Sequence record: OP729297.1
Length of the DNA: 64,000 nucleotides
Strand: one strand, 5' to 3'
Shown: positions 16,165 through 25,203 of the stretch, one piece after another
How positions within the stretch are numbered: the stretch's first letter is position 1
How the letters are laid out: every line of letters begins with the position of its first letter
The notes under the pieces: generated by a model
Database searches by the model: none
What the model was told of the DNA's origin: nothing
Seen by the model: the letters and a program-made list of their open reading frames with translations, nothing else
Program-made: the position numbers and the translations under genes

Positions 16165-18684
16165 TTACTCGTCGTCATCGTCATCAGAAGTCTTCGCAGA
16201 CTTACTGATAGCGTTCTTCAACATCTCGTTGCCTTTGGTAGACTGCACGAACTTGAAGCACCACAGACGCAGGCCAGCAGGTTTGACTTTCAGTTTCTTA
16301 CACACGCCAACAACTTGCTCTTTGCTGCCGTTGATAAGAGTACGGAAGTCATCCCAGTCCATCTTAACGTCAGATGCGAGCGGGCATGGCGCCTTGATCT
16401 TGAAGCTCTTACGAGTGCCGTTGATCAGGCCGAGAGTTTTCAGGTAATGCCACGTATCGAACACTGGGTCGAAGCCACGCGCTTCACCGTTGCCGTCAGC
16501 TTCCCACAGACGTAACCAAGTCTGCTGGTTAGGGATGCCGCCCATCTTGTTCTTGATGGTCTTGGCTGCAATGAAACGGTAGCGGTCGGTACCACCTTCA
16601 ACAGTTACAGACTTCTCACCAACGATACCCGGTGCGTCTTTCATTGTCGGCCAGCCCTGAGGCACAGCACGAGAAGCCAGACGAACACGCACGTCAGAGT
16701 TGTGGCTAACGAAACCGTTAGTGATCACAACAGACGTTTCTTCGACGTTCACATCCCAGAACTCCACAGGATTGACCAGAGCTTTCAGCGTGAACGGAAC
16801 AGGAACGATAGAGTTATCGAAGTTATACCAGTCGTCGATGTACGCCAGTTGCTGCATCAGCAGGTCGTACTGGTCATCGTAACCTTCAATCTGCTTATGC
16901 AGAATCAGGTCGAGAGCCTGTGCGAAGTCCTGCTCTGGCGCCAGATAGATTTTATCCTGGCCAGTCTGCAACTGATAGTCCAGCACATAGCGAGTCAGTT
17001 CAGGGAACACGTCAGCGATCACAGTCAGCATCTGAGTCTGACGTTGACGGCTGGTGGCCTCGAAGCTGATACCAGCAAACGCACCGAGTTCTCCCTGCGC
17101 TACCGCCGCTTCCAGCTCGTGGTAGTTCAGGCCAGGGATATGCAGGCCGCTTTCGTCGGCGTAAGCATAGATACCGATAGACAGCAGGTGACGTGCCCAC
17201 AGAGAGAACGTGTGAACATCGTCCTGATCGCCAATCATATCAGTGGTCAGTACGTTCGCAGCAAACGTAGTGTCGCCAGCAACGGCCAGAGGCAATTGTA
17301 CGCTCTTGAAGTCAGCGTTACCTAGCATCTGATAAATCAGACTGCTTGACAGGTCGAACTCGTCAGGCACGTTCGCTTTCAGTTCTTTCACAGGCGGTAC
17401 ACGCAGACCTGCGTACTGGCCTTTCTGCTCTGGATATTGAGCAAGCTGGTTGAGCGTGTTCCACTCAGGACGCAGCACAGCCATACCATCAGCAGTCGTG
17501 TCATACATGAAGGTGAACTGACGATGTTCAGCGCTGCCTACATACGCATGACCACCAGCGTTCAGTTCGACCGGGAACGGAGCGTCATCAACTTTCCACG
17601 CGCCATTGATCTTCTGGAAGCCGTCGAACGATTCGACCATAACTTCCGTACCAGCATCGATCAGCTCTTTGATCTGAGGTGCAGTCAGCACGCCGTGATC
17701 AGTACGAATCAGAGTATCGCGGTCGAAGCAATAGAACTTCAACGCGTCACCGCCAGGCTCATACTCAGGTGAGCCGAACATAACAGCAGGCTTCTGACGT
17801 AACTGGTTAACGCCAACGATGGTCATCATCTTACGACGCATACCACCACGGAAACGTTTGATGCCGTCGGAGAACATACGCGCTTGCAGCGCCATTGCTT
17901 TCGAGCCTTCGTCATCATCGACCTGATCCGGCATCATTGCTGGATAGGAGTCAACGATAACCATCGCCTGCATGTGTCCGTCTGGTGCAGGTACTTTGAA
18001 CTGGTTGTTACGGCTGAACCATTTCTTGTCATACTTACCAGCCAGCTTCTTCGCGTTCTCTTTGTTGTTCTCAAAGATGTAGTACGCGGTACCGTCTTTC
18101 TCAACGATCTTATCTGGCAGACGACGACGCAGCATCGACATATAATCGAAGAAGCGCTCACCGTTGTCTGGTGCATAGTAACGGATCTTAGGCTTAACGA
18201 TCCAGCTACCGTCTTCATCATCACGCACACCGAAGATAGTTTTCGGGTCAACGCGAACGCCGAACGTTTTCAACTGACCAGCAACGTACTCTGCGTCGGT
18301 TGAACCTTCGTAGTCAAACACTACGCTAATGCCAGAGTAATGCAGACGAATCAGGCTCGCCATAATACTCATGGTCATTGTTGACTTACAAGACTGCTCA
18401 CCGCCGCTAAACGTGTACCAGCCACCAGGGACAATACCACCGGACAGGAACATGTCGAGTGCGAGACAGCCTGTTGAGATACGAGGTGCGTGACGCGCTG
18501 CATCCTGCGAACTTACTTTCGTTTTCTTTTCGATGCCATCAAGAACATCGTCCATCAAACTAGCCAGGTCAAAGCCCATGACTTCTACGCCGCCAACATC
18601 ATCGGCCGCGAATGCTTTACCTTTCTTGGCTTTGGTTTTACCTTCGGCTTCTTTTTCAGCCTTGATTCGTTTCGCTTTAGCCAT
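16165..18684 (-). CDS. recA: RecA/UvsX-like recombinase containing an intein
   Basis: TGCLALD..GGI..G, Walker A GGEQSCKST, DYEG, VDS..AM, NQLRQK, PGGDALKFY. Confidence 0.93.
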   Translation of the reverse strand: MAKAKRIKAEKEAEGKTKAKKGKAFAADDVGGVEVMGFDLASLMDDVLDGIEKKTKVSSQDAARHAPRISTGCLALDMFLSGGIVPGGWYTFSGGEQSCKSTMTMSIMASLIRLHYSGISVVFDYEGSTDAEYVAGQLKTFGVRVDPKTIFGVRDDEDGSWIVKPKIRYYAPDNGERFFDYMSMLRRRLPDKIVEKDGTAYYIFENNKENAKKLAGKYDKKWFSRNNQFKVPAPDGHMQAMVIVDSYPAMMPDQVDDDEGSKAMALQARMFSDGIKRFRGGMRRKMMTIVGVNQLRQKPAVMFGSPEYEPGGDALKFYCFDRDTLIRTDHGVLTAPQIKELIDAGTEVMVESFDGFQKINGAWKVDDAPFPVELNAGGHAYVGSAEHRQFTFMYDTTADGMAVLRPEWNTLNQLAQYPEQKGQYAGLRVPPVKELKANVPDEFDLSSSLIYQMLGNADFKSVQLPLAVAGDTTFAANVLTTDMIGDQDDVHTFSLWARHLLSIGIYAYADESGLHIPGLNYHELEAAVAQGELGAFAGISFEATSRQRQTQMLTVIADVFPELTRYVLDYQLQTGQDKIYLAPEQDFAQALDLILHKQIEGYDDQYDLLMQQLAYIDDWYNFDNSIVPVPFTLKALVNPVEFWDVNVEETSVVITNGFVSHNSDVRVRLASRAVPQGWPTMKDAPGIVGEKSVTVEGGTDRYRFIAAKTIKNKMGGIPNQQTWLRLWEADGNGEARGFDPVFDTWHYLKTLGLINGTRKSFKIKAPCPLASDVKMDWDDFRTLINGSKEQVVGVCKKLKVKPAGLRLWCFKFVQSTKGNEMLKNAISKSAKTSDDDDDE
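16699..17730 (-). mobile_element. intein (344 aa) in RecA
   Basis: Begins CFDRDT (block A), block B AEHRQF, block F FWDVNVE, ends VSHN followed by Ser. Confidence 0.92.
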
Positions 18685-18706
18685 TTGTGCTATAGTCCAG
18701 ATTGAG

Positions 18707-18733
18707 AAAAGAAGGGGCAGCCTAAGCTACCCC
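18707..18733 (-). terminator. intrinsic terminator
   Basis: GGGGTAGC-TTAG-GCTGCCCC followed by TTCTTTT. Confidence 0.75.
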
Positions 18734-18741
18734 GTTACCGA

Positions 18742-19983
18742 TTACTTTTTCTTTTTCTTTTTCTTCTTCGGCGCGTCGTCATCATCGTCATCAGAAGATT
18801 TCTTTTTCTTCTTCTTATCGGATGATTTCACCTTGTCAGAAGATTTCTTTTTCTTCTTCTTAGGTGCATCGTCTTCGTCGTCGTCATCATCGTCCGACTT
18901 CTTAGACTTCTTAGACTTCACCTTCGAGGACTTTTTCTTTTTCGAAGGACGATCGTCATCATCGTCTTCGTCATCGTCATCTTCGTCATCGTCTAACAGC
19001 TTACGAGACTTAGACGCTTTTGACTTCTTGGACTTGGATGGACGGTCATCGTCGTCATCTTCATCCTCGTCGTCATCGTCATCGTTGCGACGTTTTTTCT
19101 TGTCTGCCTTGCCGCCTTTCTTCTTGCGGCCCAGCGCCATGTCATCGTCGTCATCGTCTTCGTCATCATCACCATCATCGTTGGTGTTGACACCGATAAC
19201 GTCCATCTTTTTGAAGTCTGCCATAGCGGCGGCTTCATCCAGACGACCCAGCATGTCGTAGATTTCGTTCCAGTTGTCGAAGTCCCAGGTCAGGTAACCC
19301 TTTTCTTCTTCGGTCAGCGGAGTGTGATCGCCACGTTCGATGGTGTAACGCTCGGCCGGAGATTTTTTGGCGTTGTATTTGATTTCAATATCGCAGCCAT
19401 ACTTCGGATGGTTAACCTGGAACGCCTGCTTAGACTTCTTACCAGACTTCTTATCTTTGACCGTGTGAATGTTACGTTCACCCAGCTCGCGGATTTTGCC
19501 TGCCAGAGAGTTAGACAGCGGAATACACATAACAGGAGTCCAAGACTCACTGCCCATTTCTTTCTTGCCTGTCTTCTGCTCTTGCTTAGTGAGCTTAGGC
19601 ATTTTACGCGGTGCAGCAGCCTGCTCGTCACGAATGATTGCCTGTGCGTACCACTTATAGTCGTACTGCGCTGGCGCACCAGATTCGTCGTTACCGTGAG
19701 CGATACCACAGTACGGACACTTCATACCGTTCAGAGGTTTGTTCTGATTGTCCGGGTCGAAGCTAACGCACATGCGCGGGATTTTGATCTCTTTGTCTTT
19801 ATCTTTGCCGCCCATGATCTTGATCCAGTGCTTCTTGATTGGAAGCAGGTCAAGGTCAAGCAGACGAATTGATACCCAGTTGCCGTTTGCTTTCTTCGAA
19901 AGAGGGAAGATTTCAAAGATCTCTGACTCACGCAAGCTATCGCGCTTGCTGTTGTCTTGAATGTCACCAAATCCACGTGCCAT
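18742..19983 (-). CDS. single-stranded DNA-binding protein (T4 gp32-like core) with Asp/Lys low-complexity tail
   Basis: WVSIRLL..KHW..C..CPYC..WYAQAIIR..HPKYGCDIEIK pattern; adjacent to recA. Confidence 0.75.
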   Translation of the reverse strand: MARGFGDIQDNSKRDSLRESEIFEIFPLSKKANGNWVSIRLLDLDLLPIKKHWIKIMGGKDKDKEIKIPRMCVSFDPDNQNKPLNGMKCPYCGIAHGNDESGAPAQYDYKWYAQAIIRDEQAAAPRKMPKLTKQEQKTGKKEMGSESWTPVMCIPLSNSLAGKIRELGERNIHTVKDKKSGKKSKQAFQVNHPKYGCDIEIKYNAKKSPAERYTIERGDHTPLTEEEKGYLTWDFDNWNEIYDMLGRLDEAAAMADFKKMDVIGVNTNDDGDDDEDDDDDDMALGRKKKGGKADKKKRRNDDDDDEDEDDDDDRPSKSKKSKASKSRKLLDDDEDDDDEDDDDDRPSKKKKSSKVKSKKSKKSDDDDDDEDDAPKKKKKKSSDKVKSSDKKKKKKSSDDDDDDAPKKKKKKKK

Positions 19984-20022
19984 TGTTGTTCCTCAATATT
20001 GAGTTTGCTCTTGTGTGAGCAT

Positions 20023-20031
20023 TGTTTACAG
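20023..20031 (-). promoter_or_regulatory. class B motif CTGTAAACA
   Basis: Upstream of SSB. Confidence 0.65.
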
Positions 20032-20033
20032 TT

Positions 20034-21071
20034 TTAGGCTAGCCCTTGAGCCTGCATATGTTTGCGCATCTGTTCAAGTTCGAACTTATCGAACTCCTCA
20101 CCAACGTCCATCGTTAGACGAGCAACGCCGAGTGGGTCTACGCGCTTAATAAGCAGCCTCAGTTTTTCGGTACGTCTTTCACTATCTACGTGATCTTCTA
20201 AGTGATGATGGTCACTCACTTTTTGATGTAGGGACGCGTCCGCACCTTCATCAGATTCATTCGCAGGAGTATCGAGACTTACCGAGAAATTCAGAGAAGT
20301 GGTATCTTCACCTGTCGCCAGTTTCTTACGTTGAGTCTGGGGAATAGTGTACGCGATGCCGTATTCATGCTCGCTACTACTACAGGTTTGTGCGTTCAAG
20401 ATCCACCACTTCGTATAACTCACAATCGCACCACGCGACGAGTCATACTTGTTGATAGCCACGATGACGTTACGCAGGAAGTTCTGGCGCACGTCTTTGC
20501 TGTCGTACAGCTTACCGCGGTTCGTATCAACGTAGAATTTTGTTTGCTTGCTGCATAGTCTATAGAAGTCAGCAACTACCGAGTGGAAGTATTCCATGAA
20601 CTGCGGTAGAAGGTCATTCAGACGGCACAACGCGATAAAGAGTTTGGAACGAGACTCTGCGCCAAACATCTTCACGTATGCGTTCAATCGTTTCGAATAC
20701 GCTTCGCGCTTGATAGGGTCTTGCGTCGAAATGAATCCGCGATAGAGATCAACATACGTCGCGTAGTATCGCTTAATTACATTTTCCAGGAAGACGTAGA
20801 TGAAGTTGCGCTCCATTTTCAGTTCCTGGATATAAATCATTTTCTGATCACGAGGCACAGAGAGCGCCTTAATCAGAAGGCTAATCGCACGGTCACGCGT
20901 TTCTGCGTTATACGGCTTTCGCTTCTTATTCGACGTAATCATGTTCAACAGATAGGTCAGTTGCACATCGAATACGTTCGTGTTCTCAACAATCTCACGG
21001 AGGCAGTCGTGAAGCATGGTGTCCATGACGCTTTCTATCTGACCGCCTGTGAGATTCGACTTATTGTTCAT
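20034..21071 (-). CDS. phage sigma-70-like factor (regions 2-3, no clear region 4)
   Basis: DVRQNFLRNVIVAINKYDSSRGAIVSYTKWWILNA (region 2.2-2.4); VSLDTP (region 3). Confidence 0.85.
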   Translation of the reverse strand: MNNKSNLTGGQIESVMDTMLHDCLREIVENTNVFDVQLTYLLNMITSNKKRKPYNAETRDRAISLLIKALSVPRDQKMIYIQELKMERNFIYVFLENVIKRYYATYVDLYRGFISTQDPIKREAYSKRLNAYVKMFGAESRSKLFIALCRLNDLLPQFMEYFHSVVADFYRLCSKQTKFYVDTNRGKLYDSKDVRQNFLRNVIVAINKYDSSRGAIVSYTKWWILNAQTCSSSEHEYGIAYTIPQTQRKKLATGEDTTSLNFSVSLDTPANESDEGADASLHQKVSDHHHLEDHVDSERRTEKLRLLIKRVDPLGVARLTMDVGEEFDKFELEQMRKHMQAQGLA

Positions 21072-21103
21072 GGTCAAATACACCTGTTAGTTGCTTTGAC
21101 TCT

Positions 21104-21112
21104 TATTTACAG
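21104..21112 (-). promoter_or_regulatory. class B motif CTGTAAATA
   Basis: Upstream of the sigma gene. Confidence 0.65.
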
Positions 21113-21116
21113 ATTT

Positions 21117-21428
21117 TTAGATCTTCGTGAGGTCGTCATGTTGATCTTGAATCTCGGAGCCAGTCAGTTCTGCCTCAGGCTTACGCTGACCTAAATCTGC
21201 TGGTGGTTTAGTGCGTTGTTCTTCACGCTGCTCCTGTTCGCGTTCAGTGCGCTCTTTTTCCTTTTTCTCAATCTCTTCCTTGGGTGTGTCGATACCATAT
21301 TCTTCTTTGATGCGCTGCTGGTCCTGTTGCTCCAGTGCGCGTTGCTGGCCATCGAGAGGCGGTTGTTTCTCCGACGTGTCCTGACGATCAACACGAATCT
21401 CGTGTGAAAGGCTTACAAAGATTTCCAT
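21117..21428 (-). CDS. charged protein with MEIFVSLS N-terminal tag
   Basis: Start after SD GGAG; 103 aa, E/Q/K-rich. Confidence 0.8.
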   Translation of the reverse strand: MEIFVSLSHEIRVDRQDTSEKQPPLDGQQRALEQQDQQRIKEEYGIDTPKEEIEKKEKERTEREQEQREEQRTKPPADLGQRKPEAELTGSEIQDQHDDLTKI

Positions 21429-21448
21429 GGGATTTACTCCAGAATGAC

Positions 21449-21473
21449 AAAAGCGGCAGCACAAGGCCACCGC
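21449..21473 (-). terminator. intrinsic terminator
   Basis: GCGGTGGC..GCTGCCGC followed by TTTT. Confidence 0.65.
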
Positions 21474-21479
21474 TAGATT

Positions 21480-21947
21480 TTAGCTACGCTTCTCCAACAC
21501 CTTGCGATCTTCTTCAATGAAGCGCAGAGTAATTGGAGGGCGTCCTGGGTGCTGAATGATCTGATTGAGATATTCAGCCTGACTGTCTTTCGCGTGTTTC
21601 AGCAACGTGACGTGCGGGCGATACGGCGTGTGCGAAAACTTCGCTGCACCACATGCGTGAATGCGCTCATGCTCCGCACACAGGTCAGGTGATTCGAGAA
21701 CGAGAACCAGAATCTTATCTTGACCTTCGCCGAACAGTTCAGCAGAAGCGACGGTAGCGAAGAACTCACCAGCATCGTTTTGCTCAGCCTGAACGTCAGG
21801 ATTGGTTTCATCATAAGCCAGAGTAACGTGCAATTCTTCTGGCACATCATCGCTATCACGGTCGATGCCGATAGCAGCACCGAGTTTCAGCAGCATCTCC
21901 TCTGAATCATAGTCAGGGAAGACGCGCCACAGGCCACCTTTAACCAT
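21480..21947 (-). CDS. 2H phosphoesterase, Acb1/T4 gp57B-like
   Basis: Two HxT motifs (LHVTLAY, RPHVTL) and LVLVLES..L...H; start moved to MVKGG after SD GAGG. Confidence 0.85.
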   Translation of the reverse strand: MVKGGLWRVFPDYDSEEMLLKLGAAIGIDRDSDDVPEELHVTLAYDETNPDVQAEQNDAGEFFATVASAELFGEGQDKILVLVLESPDLCAEHERIHACGAAKFSHTPYRPHVTLLKHAKDSQAEYLNQIIQHPGRPPITLRFIEEDRKVLEKRS

Positions 21948-22464
21948 TTTGAGTTTCCTCTTTGGGCAAGTGGAAGCAGCCAGCCTGCTGCAATTGACCG
22001 CACTTATCGCAGTGGAACATACCGATTGGTTTACCGTGCAGTAATTCAGGATGACCTTTGCACACGAAGTCCTGATTGCGATAAATACGCAACAGCGCAC
22101 CAGTGACTTTATTGTCCACAGAGATGTATTGGCCAGTAAGATGGCAGTCACTTTCCCGTGCGCGTGTCTGATACTTGGCGACTATCTCACGGACAGTTTC
22201 ATCCAGAGTATCGGCATCGTAATCTTTGGTCACAGGATTATCTGCGGTCTCTGCAATCAGAACATCCAGAACGACGATAGGCGACACAACACCAGTAAGG
22301 TTTGAGTAGCTCAGGCTGCGTTTGGTTTCTTCAAACAAAGTAACCGTAGGTATCTGAGAAGCCGTGCTCGCTGTGGTCAACACGTTAATCAAAGATTCTT
22401 CGTAGACAGCGCTACCGAAGTCTTCCCAGTCTTTTTGGTTGTCGAACTGAATAGCATCAGACAT
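21940..22464 (-). CDS. hypothetical protein with C-terminal Cys/His cluster
   Basis: CKGH..FHCDKC..GCFH. Confidence 0.75.
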   Translation of the reverse strand: MSDAIQFDNQKDWEDFGSAVYEESLINVLTTASTASQIPTVTLFEETKRSLSYSNLTGVVSPIVVLDVLIAETADNPVTKDYDADTLDETVREIVAKYQTRARESDCHLTGQYISVDNKVTGALLRIYRNQDFVCKGHPELLHGKPIGMFHCDKCGQLQQAGCFHLPKEETQNG

Positions 22465-23191
22465 TTGCTTTTTGTCCTTTAGCGTTCGGGATAGGCCATG
22501 CCGCGTAAATCACGTTACGGCATTCAGCCACCAGCGGGAATAATACAGACACACCATAGTCGCGCAACGACACATGAATATCCAGCGTGTCGCTGTACGT
22601 TTTCAACATCGCTTCCATCAAATGATTGACCAAAACGTTATGCGTAGTCGTAAACGCTAGTGGGCTTTCATTAAAGGTGTTCGTAGGATGATCAAACGCT
22701 GGTGCAGGCGCAGGTAGCCAGCAGTCCGTTTGCTCACGCGCGTACTGATCAAAACACACCATAGACAGGAAGGCCTGAACTTGGTCTGCCGTGTACTTGA
22801 GGAAGCGCGATGCAAACTCTTTCTCATGCTCGCCAGGAAGACGCTCAGGAACTGCGGGCGTCAGAGTTTCCTGCTTGGCTTTGTACGGGTTACCACGCGA
22901 CAGATCTTCACGATATTGCGCAACGTACTGACCAAAGAGAGAACGGAAGCGATAGAGAATACCCTGAATAGGAAATTCCAAATCAGTGCGGCTGATTGCA
23001 TTGTCGAATGCCAGCTCGATGCTCTCCGCCAATGAGTGCAGACGTCGCTCATTGATTGGTTGATTGTATGGCGCCTCAGGAGGCACAACACAAAGAGAAC
23101 TGCCGAATTGAATGTGAACCATATTCTCCGCATAGAAGCGACAATGGTCCAGAGCGGCCACAAGGCCAACGAGATTGTTCATCATGATCAC
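22457..23191 (-). CDS. hypothetical protein
   Basis: 244 aa, overlap-coupled. Confidence 0.75.
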   Translation of the reverse strand: MIMMNNLVGLVAALDHCRFYAENMVHIQFGSSLCVVPPEAPYNQPINERRLHSLAESIELAFDNAISRTDLEFPIQGILYRFRSLFGQYVAQYREDLSRGNPYKAKQETLTPAVPERLPGEHEKEFASRFLKYTADQVQAFLSMVCFDQYAREQTDCWLPAPAPAFDHPTNTFNESPLAFTTTHNVLVNHLMEAMLKTYSDTLDIHVSLRDYGVSVLFPLVAECRNVIYAAWPIPNAKGQKANV

Positions 23192-23403
23192 TCGTCTAAA
23201 GTGCAGTCACATGGCTTATTGATGTTTTCTGCAAATGGTGAAGGCTCAGATACTTTCCCGCACTTAACGCAGGTGCGTACCCAGCCCATTGGAGTTAAAC
23301 GCGCAGCGCTTAACGTATCGTCCTCTTCGACTTCGACTTGAGGAGCAGAAGCGCCGTGATAGCTAATGCGTGTGCTACGACGGCCGCAACCTGAACACGC
23401 CAT
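23188..23403 (-). CDS. small Cys-rich (Zn-binding) protein
   Basis: CSGC, CVKC and CDC motifs. Confidence 0.75.
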   Translation of the reverse strand: MACSGCGRRSTRISYHGASAPQVEVEEDDTLSAARLTPMGWVRTCVKCGKVSEPSPFAENINKPCDCTLDE

Positions 23404-23834
23404 TAGGAGGACACCGTTCTCAGCACAATACCAGGAACGTCTTCAAACGAAGGCTCGACAGCAGTGATAATGATCTTATCAATCTGTTCATCGGTCATGC
23501 CTTTAGCTCGAAGACCTGGTCGCATCCAGTCAGGCACAGAGCACGGTTCGAACTCCTTGACTGGTTCCTGTCTGGCAATCATCTCACGCCAGCGCTGGAC
23601 AGACCCGAGAATGCTGCTGGCTTTTACCTCAGAAAAATCGAATGATGTAGGAGCGGCAGCAGGGGTACCAGCCATCTTCTCAAACATCTCACCGCATGTC
23701 TTGTTGATCTCACGCAGCAACATGTTCTGCATCACTTTGCCAAACGCGCTTTCTTCTGCATGTCCGTGAACGATGTGCGGACCAAAGTGCAACGACACAC
23801 TATTGATTGCAGGATTAAATTTCTGCTTCTGCAT
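23403..23834 (-). CDS. hypothetical protein
   Basis: Start moved to MQKQKF after SD GGAGG. Confidence 0.7.
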   Translation of the reverse strand: MQKQKFNPAINSVSLHFGPHIVHGHAEESAFGKVMQNMLLREINKTCGEMFEKMAGTPAAAPTSFDFSEVKASSILGSVQRWREMIARQEPVKEFEPCSVPDWMRPGLRAKGMTDEQIDKIIITAVEPSFEDVPGIVLRTVSS

Positions 23835-24096
23835 CTTCGCCTCCGATTTGCAAACGAGCAGGACGACTGACGATAGGACCTTTGAACATGTCCATGTGAC
23901 GCTGCACGATTTCATCCACAGTGATAGACGCACCAGCAGGTACTTCAATCAGCATCTCACCGCAGTTCTCAACTACAGTACAACCAGCAGCGATCAGTTC
24001 ACCATTCAGTTCTGCAACACGACGGTGCATCTCTGTAATCGAGTGGATGATTGGCTGGCTGGGCACAACACCCATCGCAGGATTTTTAAAGAACAT
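23815..24096 (-). CDS. hypothetical protein
   Basis: Start moved to MFFKNP after SD GGAG. Confidence 0.65.
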   Translation of the reverse strand: MFFKNPAMGVVPSQPIIHSITEMHRRVAELNGELIAAGCTVVENCGEMLIEVPAGASITVDEIVQRHMDMFKGPIVSRPARLQIGGEDAEAEI

Positions 24097-24101
24097 CGAG
24101 A

Positions 24102-24758
24102 TTAATCTCCGTTGCGTTTGACTTGATCGGCTAAAGCCATCAGGTGCTTGCACAAACCAGGAGCATGTCCTGGGTTAGTGAAGTCAGGTGGCTCACCGTT
24201 GCCGTAAATAATTCGCGCACAGCCGTGTTCGGCGTCCGCATACTCCCACATGAAAACAAAGTTCTCACATGGACAACTGACCAGTACACGCTTTTGTTTT
24301 GAAATAGGCTTGAACGGGTCATCCAGACCGATAATCATCGGCTTGTGAATGCGCACTGTTTTATTAGGGCGCAGTGGATCTTTGTGTCGCACGTTAGCCA
24401 TGATCATCGGCAGACCTTTGTTAGTCTTACCGCGTTTCACACCGTTAACGTAACACTCCATCGCGTTCTCTTTCATCAGGCGAGGTGTCGAGCGCATCAG
24501 CGCAGTAAGCGACATACCTTTTTCCATCAGAGGAGTCTTCGGTGGCTGAGGTACAACTTGCGGCTTGAATGGCTGCAATTGAATTGCGCGTTTCTCACCT
24601 TTGGTCATGCGACGAGACTTGGCTGTAGCAGCACTGATCGTTTTAACAGCTTGCGCGAGCTTACCACGCTTCGCTTGTTTGTGTGCCTTATTCCGAGTCT
24701 CGGCCTCTTTGGCGGCTTTCGACTTCTTCGGTTTCTTGGCGAGTGATTTGTACGCCAT
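24102..24758 (-). CDS. SWIM zinc-finger protein with basic N-terminus
   Basis: VSCPCENF...GLCKHL (CxCxnCxH). Confidence 0.8.
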   Translation of the reverse strand: MAYKSLAKKPKKSKAAKEAETRNKAHKQAKRGKLAQAVKTISAATAKSRRMTKGEKRAIQLQPFKPQVVPQPPKTPLMEKGMSLTALMRSTPRLMKENAMECYVNGVKRGKTNKGLPMIMANVRHKDPLRPNKTVRIHKPMIIGLDDPFKPISKQKRVLVSCPCENFVFMWEYADAEHGCARIIYGNGEPPDFTNPGHAPGLCKHLMALADQVKRNGD

Positions 24759-25203
24759 AATTAACTCCATTAAGCAGATACATTCGCGGCTTACGAATTT
24801 GAGTAAGCTGGGTCAGGTTCCGAATGTCATACTGACGACGATACGCGAAGTCAGGATCATCCTGTGTGAAATAGCGAGTGATTAACGGCTGGAAGTCGCC
24901 ACTCCTATCTGCTATCACAGGCAACAAATCGAAGTGCAAGGCAGTGCGAGTGAATGCACGTAATAACCAACGCGAGTTCACTTCACAGTTTGGATCTTGC
25001 AGGGCAGTATAGACTTTCGTAGGCTTCATCTGGAGACAGGCTTTGTTCATCACCAGATAGTTGTTGCTCTGCTCGATTGTTGCAGCGACTACAGGATAGA
25101 CCATTCGCTTCATGCACATATAACGAATGGCGATCAGGACTTCGATCATTGCATCATGCGTTTTCGGCACATCGACGGGATCGTTATTCGAGGTCCTCGT
25201 CAT
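24688..25203 (-). CDS. hypothetical protein
   Basis: 3' part of track ORF 24688-25410, from MTRTSNN; the 5' part shadows another gene. Confidence 0.6.
   Translation of the reverse strand: MTRTSNNDPVDVPKTHDAMIEVLIAIRYMCMKRMVYPVVAATIEQSNNYLVMNKACLQMKPTKVYTALQDPNCEVNSRWLLRAFTRTALHFDLLPVIADRSGDFQPLITRYFTQDDPDFAYRRQYDIRNLTQLTQIRKPRMYLLNGVNYGVQITRQETEEVESRQRGRDSE

Noticed and set aside
16702-17325. 207-aa ORF antisense to the intein, considered as a hidden endonuclease
   Set aside because: No nuclease motif or SD; composition fits a shadow ORF.
18533-19261. 242-aa plus-strand Ser/Phe-rich ORF
   Set aside because: Antisense shadow of the Asp/Lys low-complexity SSB tail, which lacks stop codons on the opposite strand.
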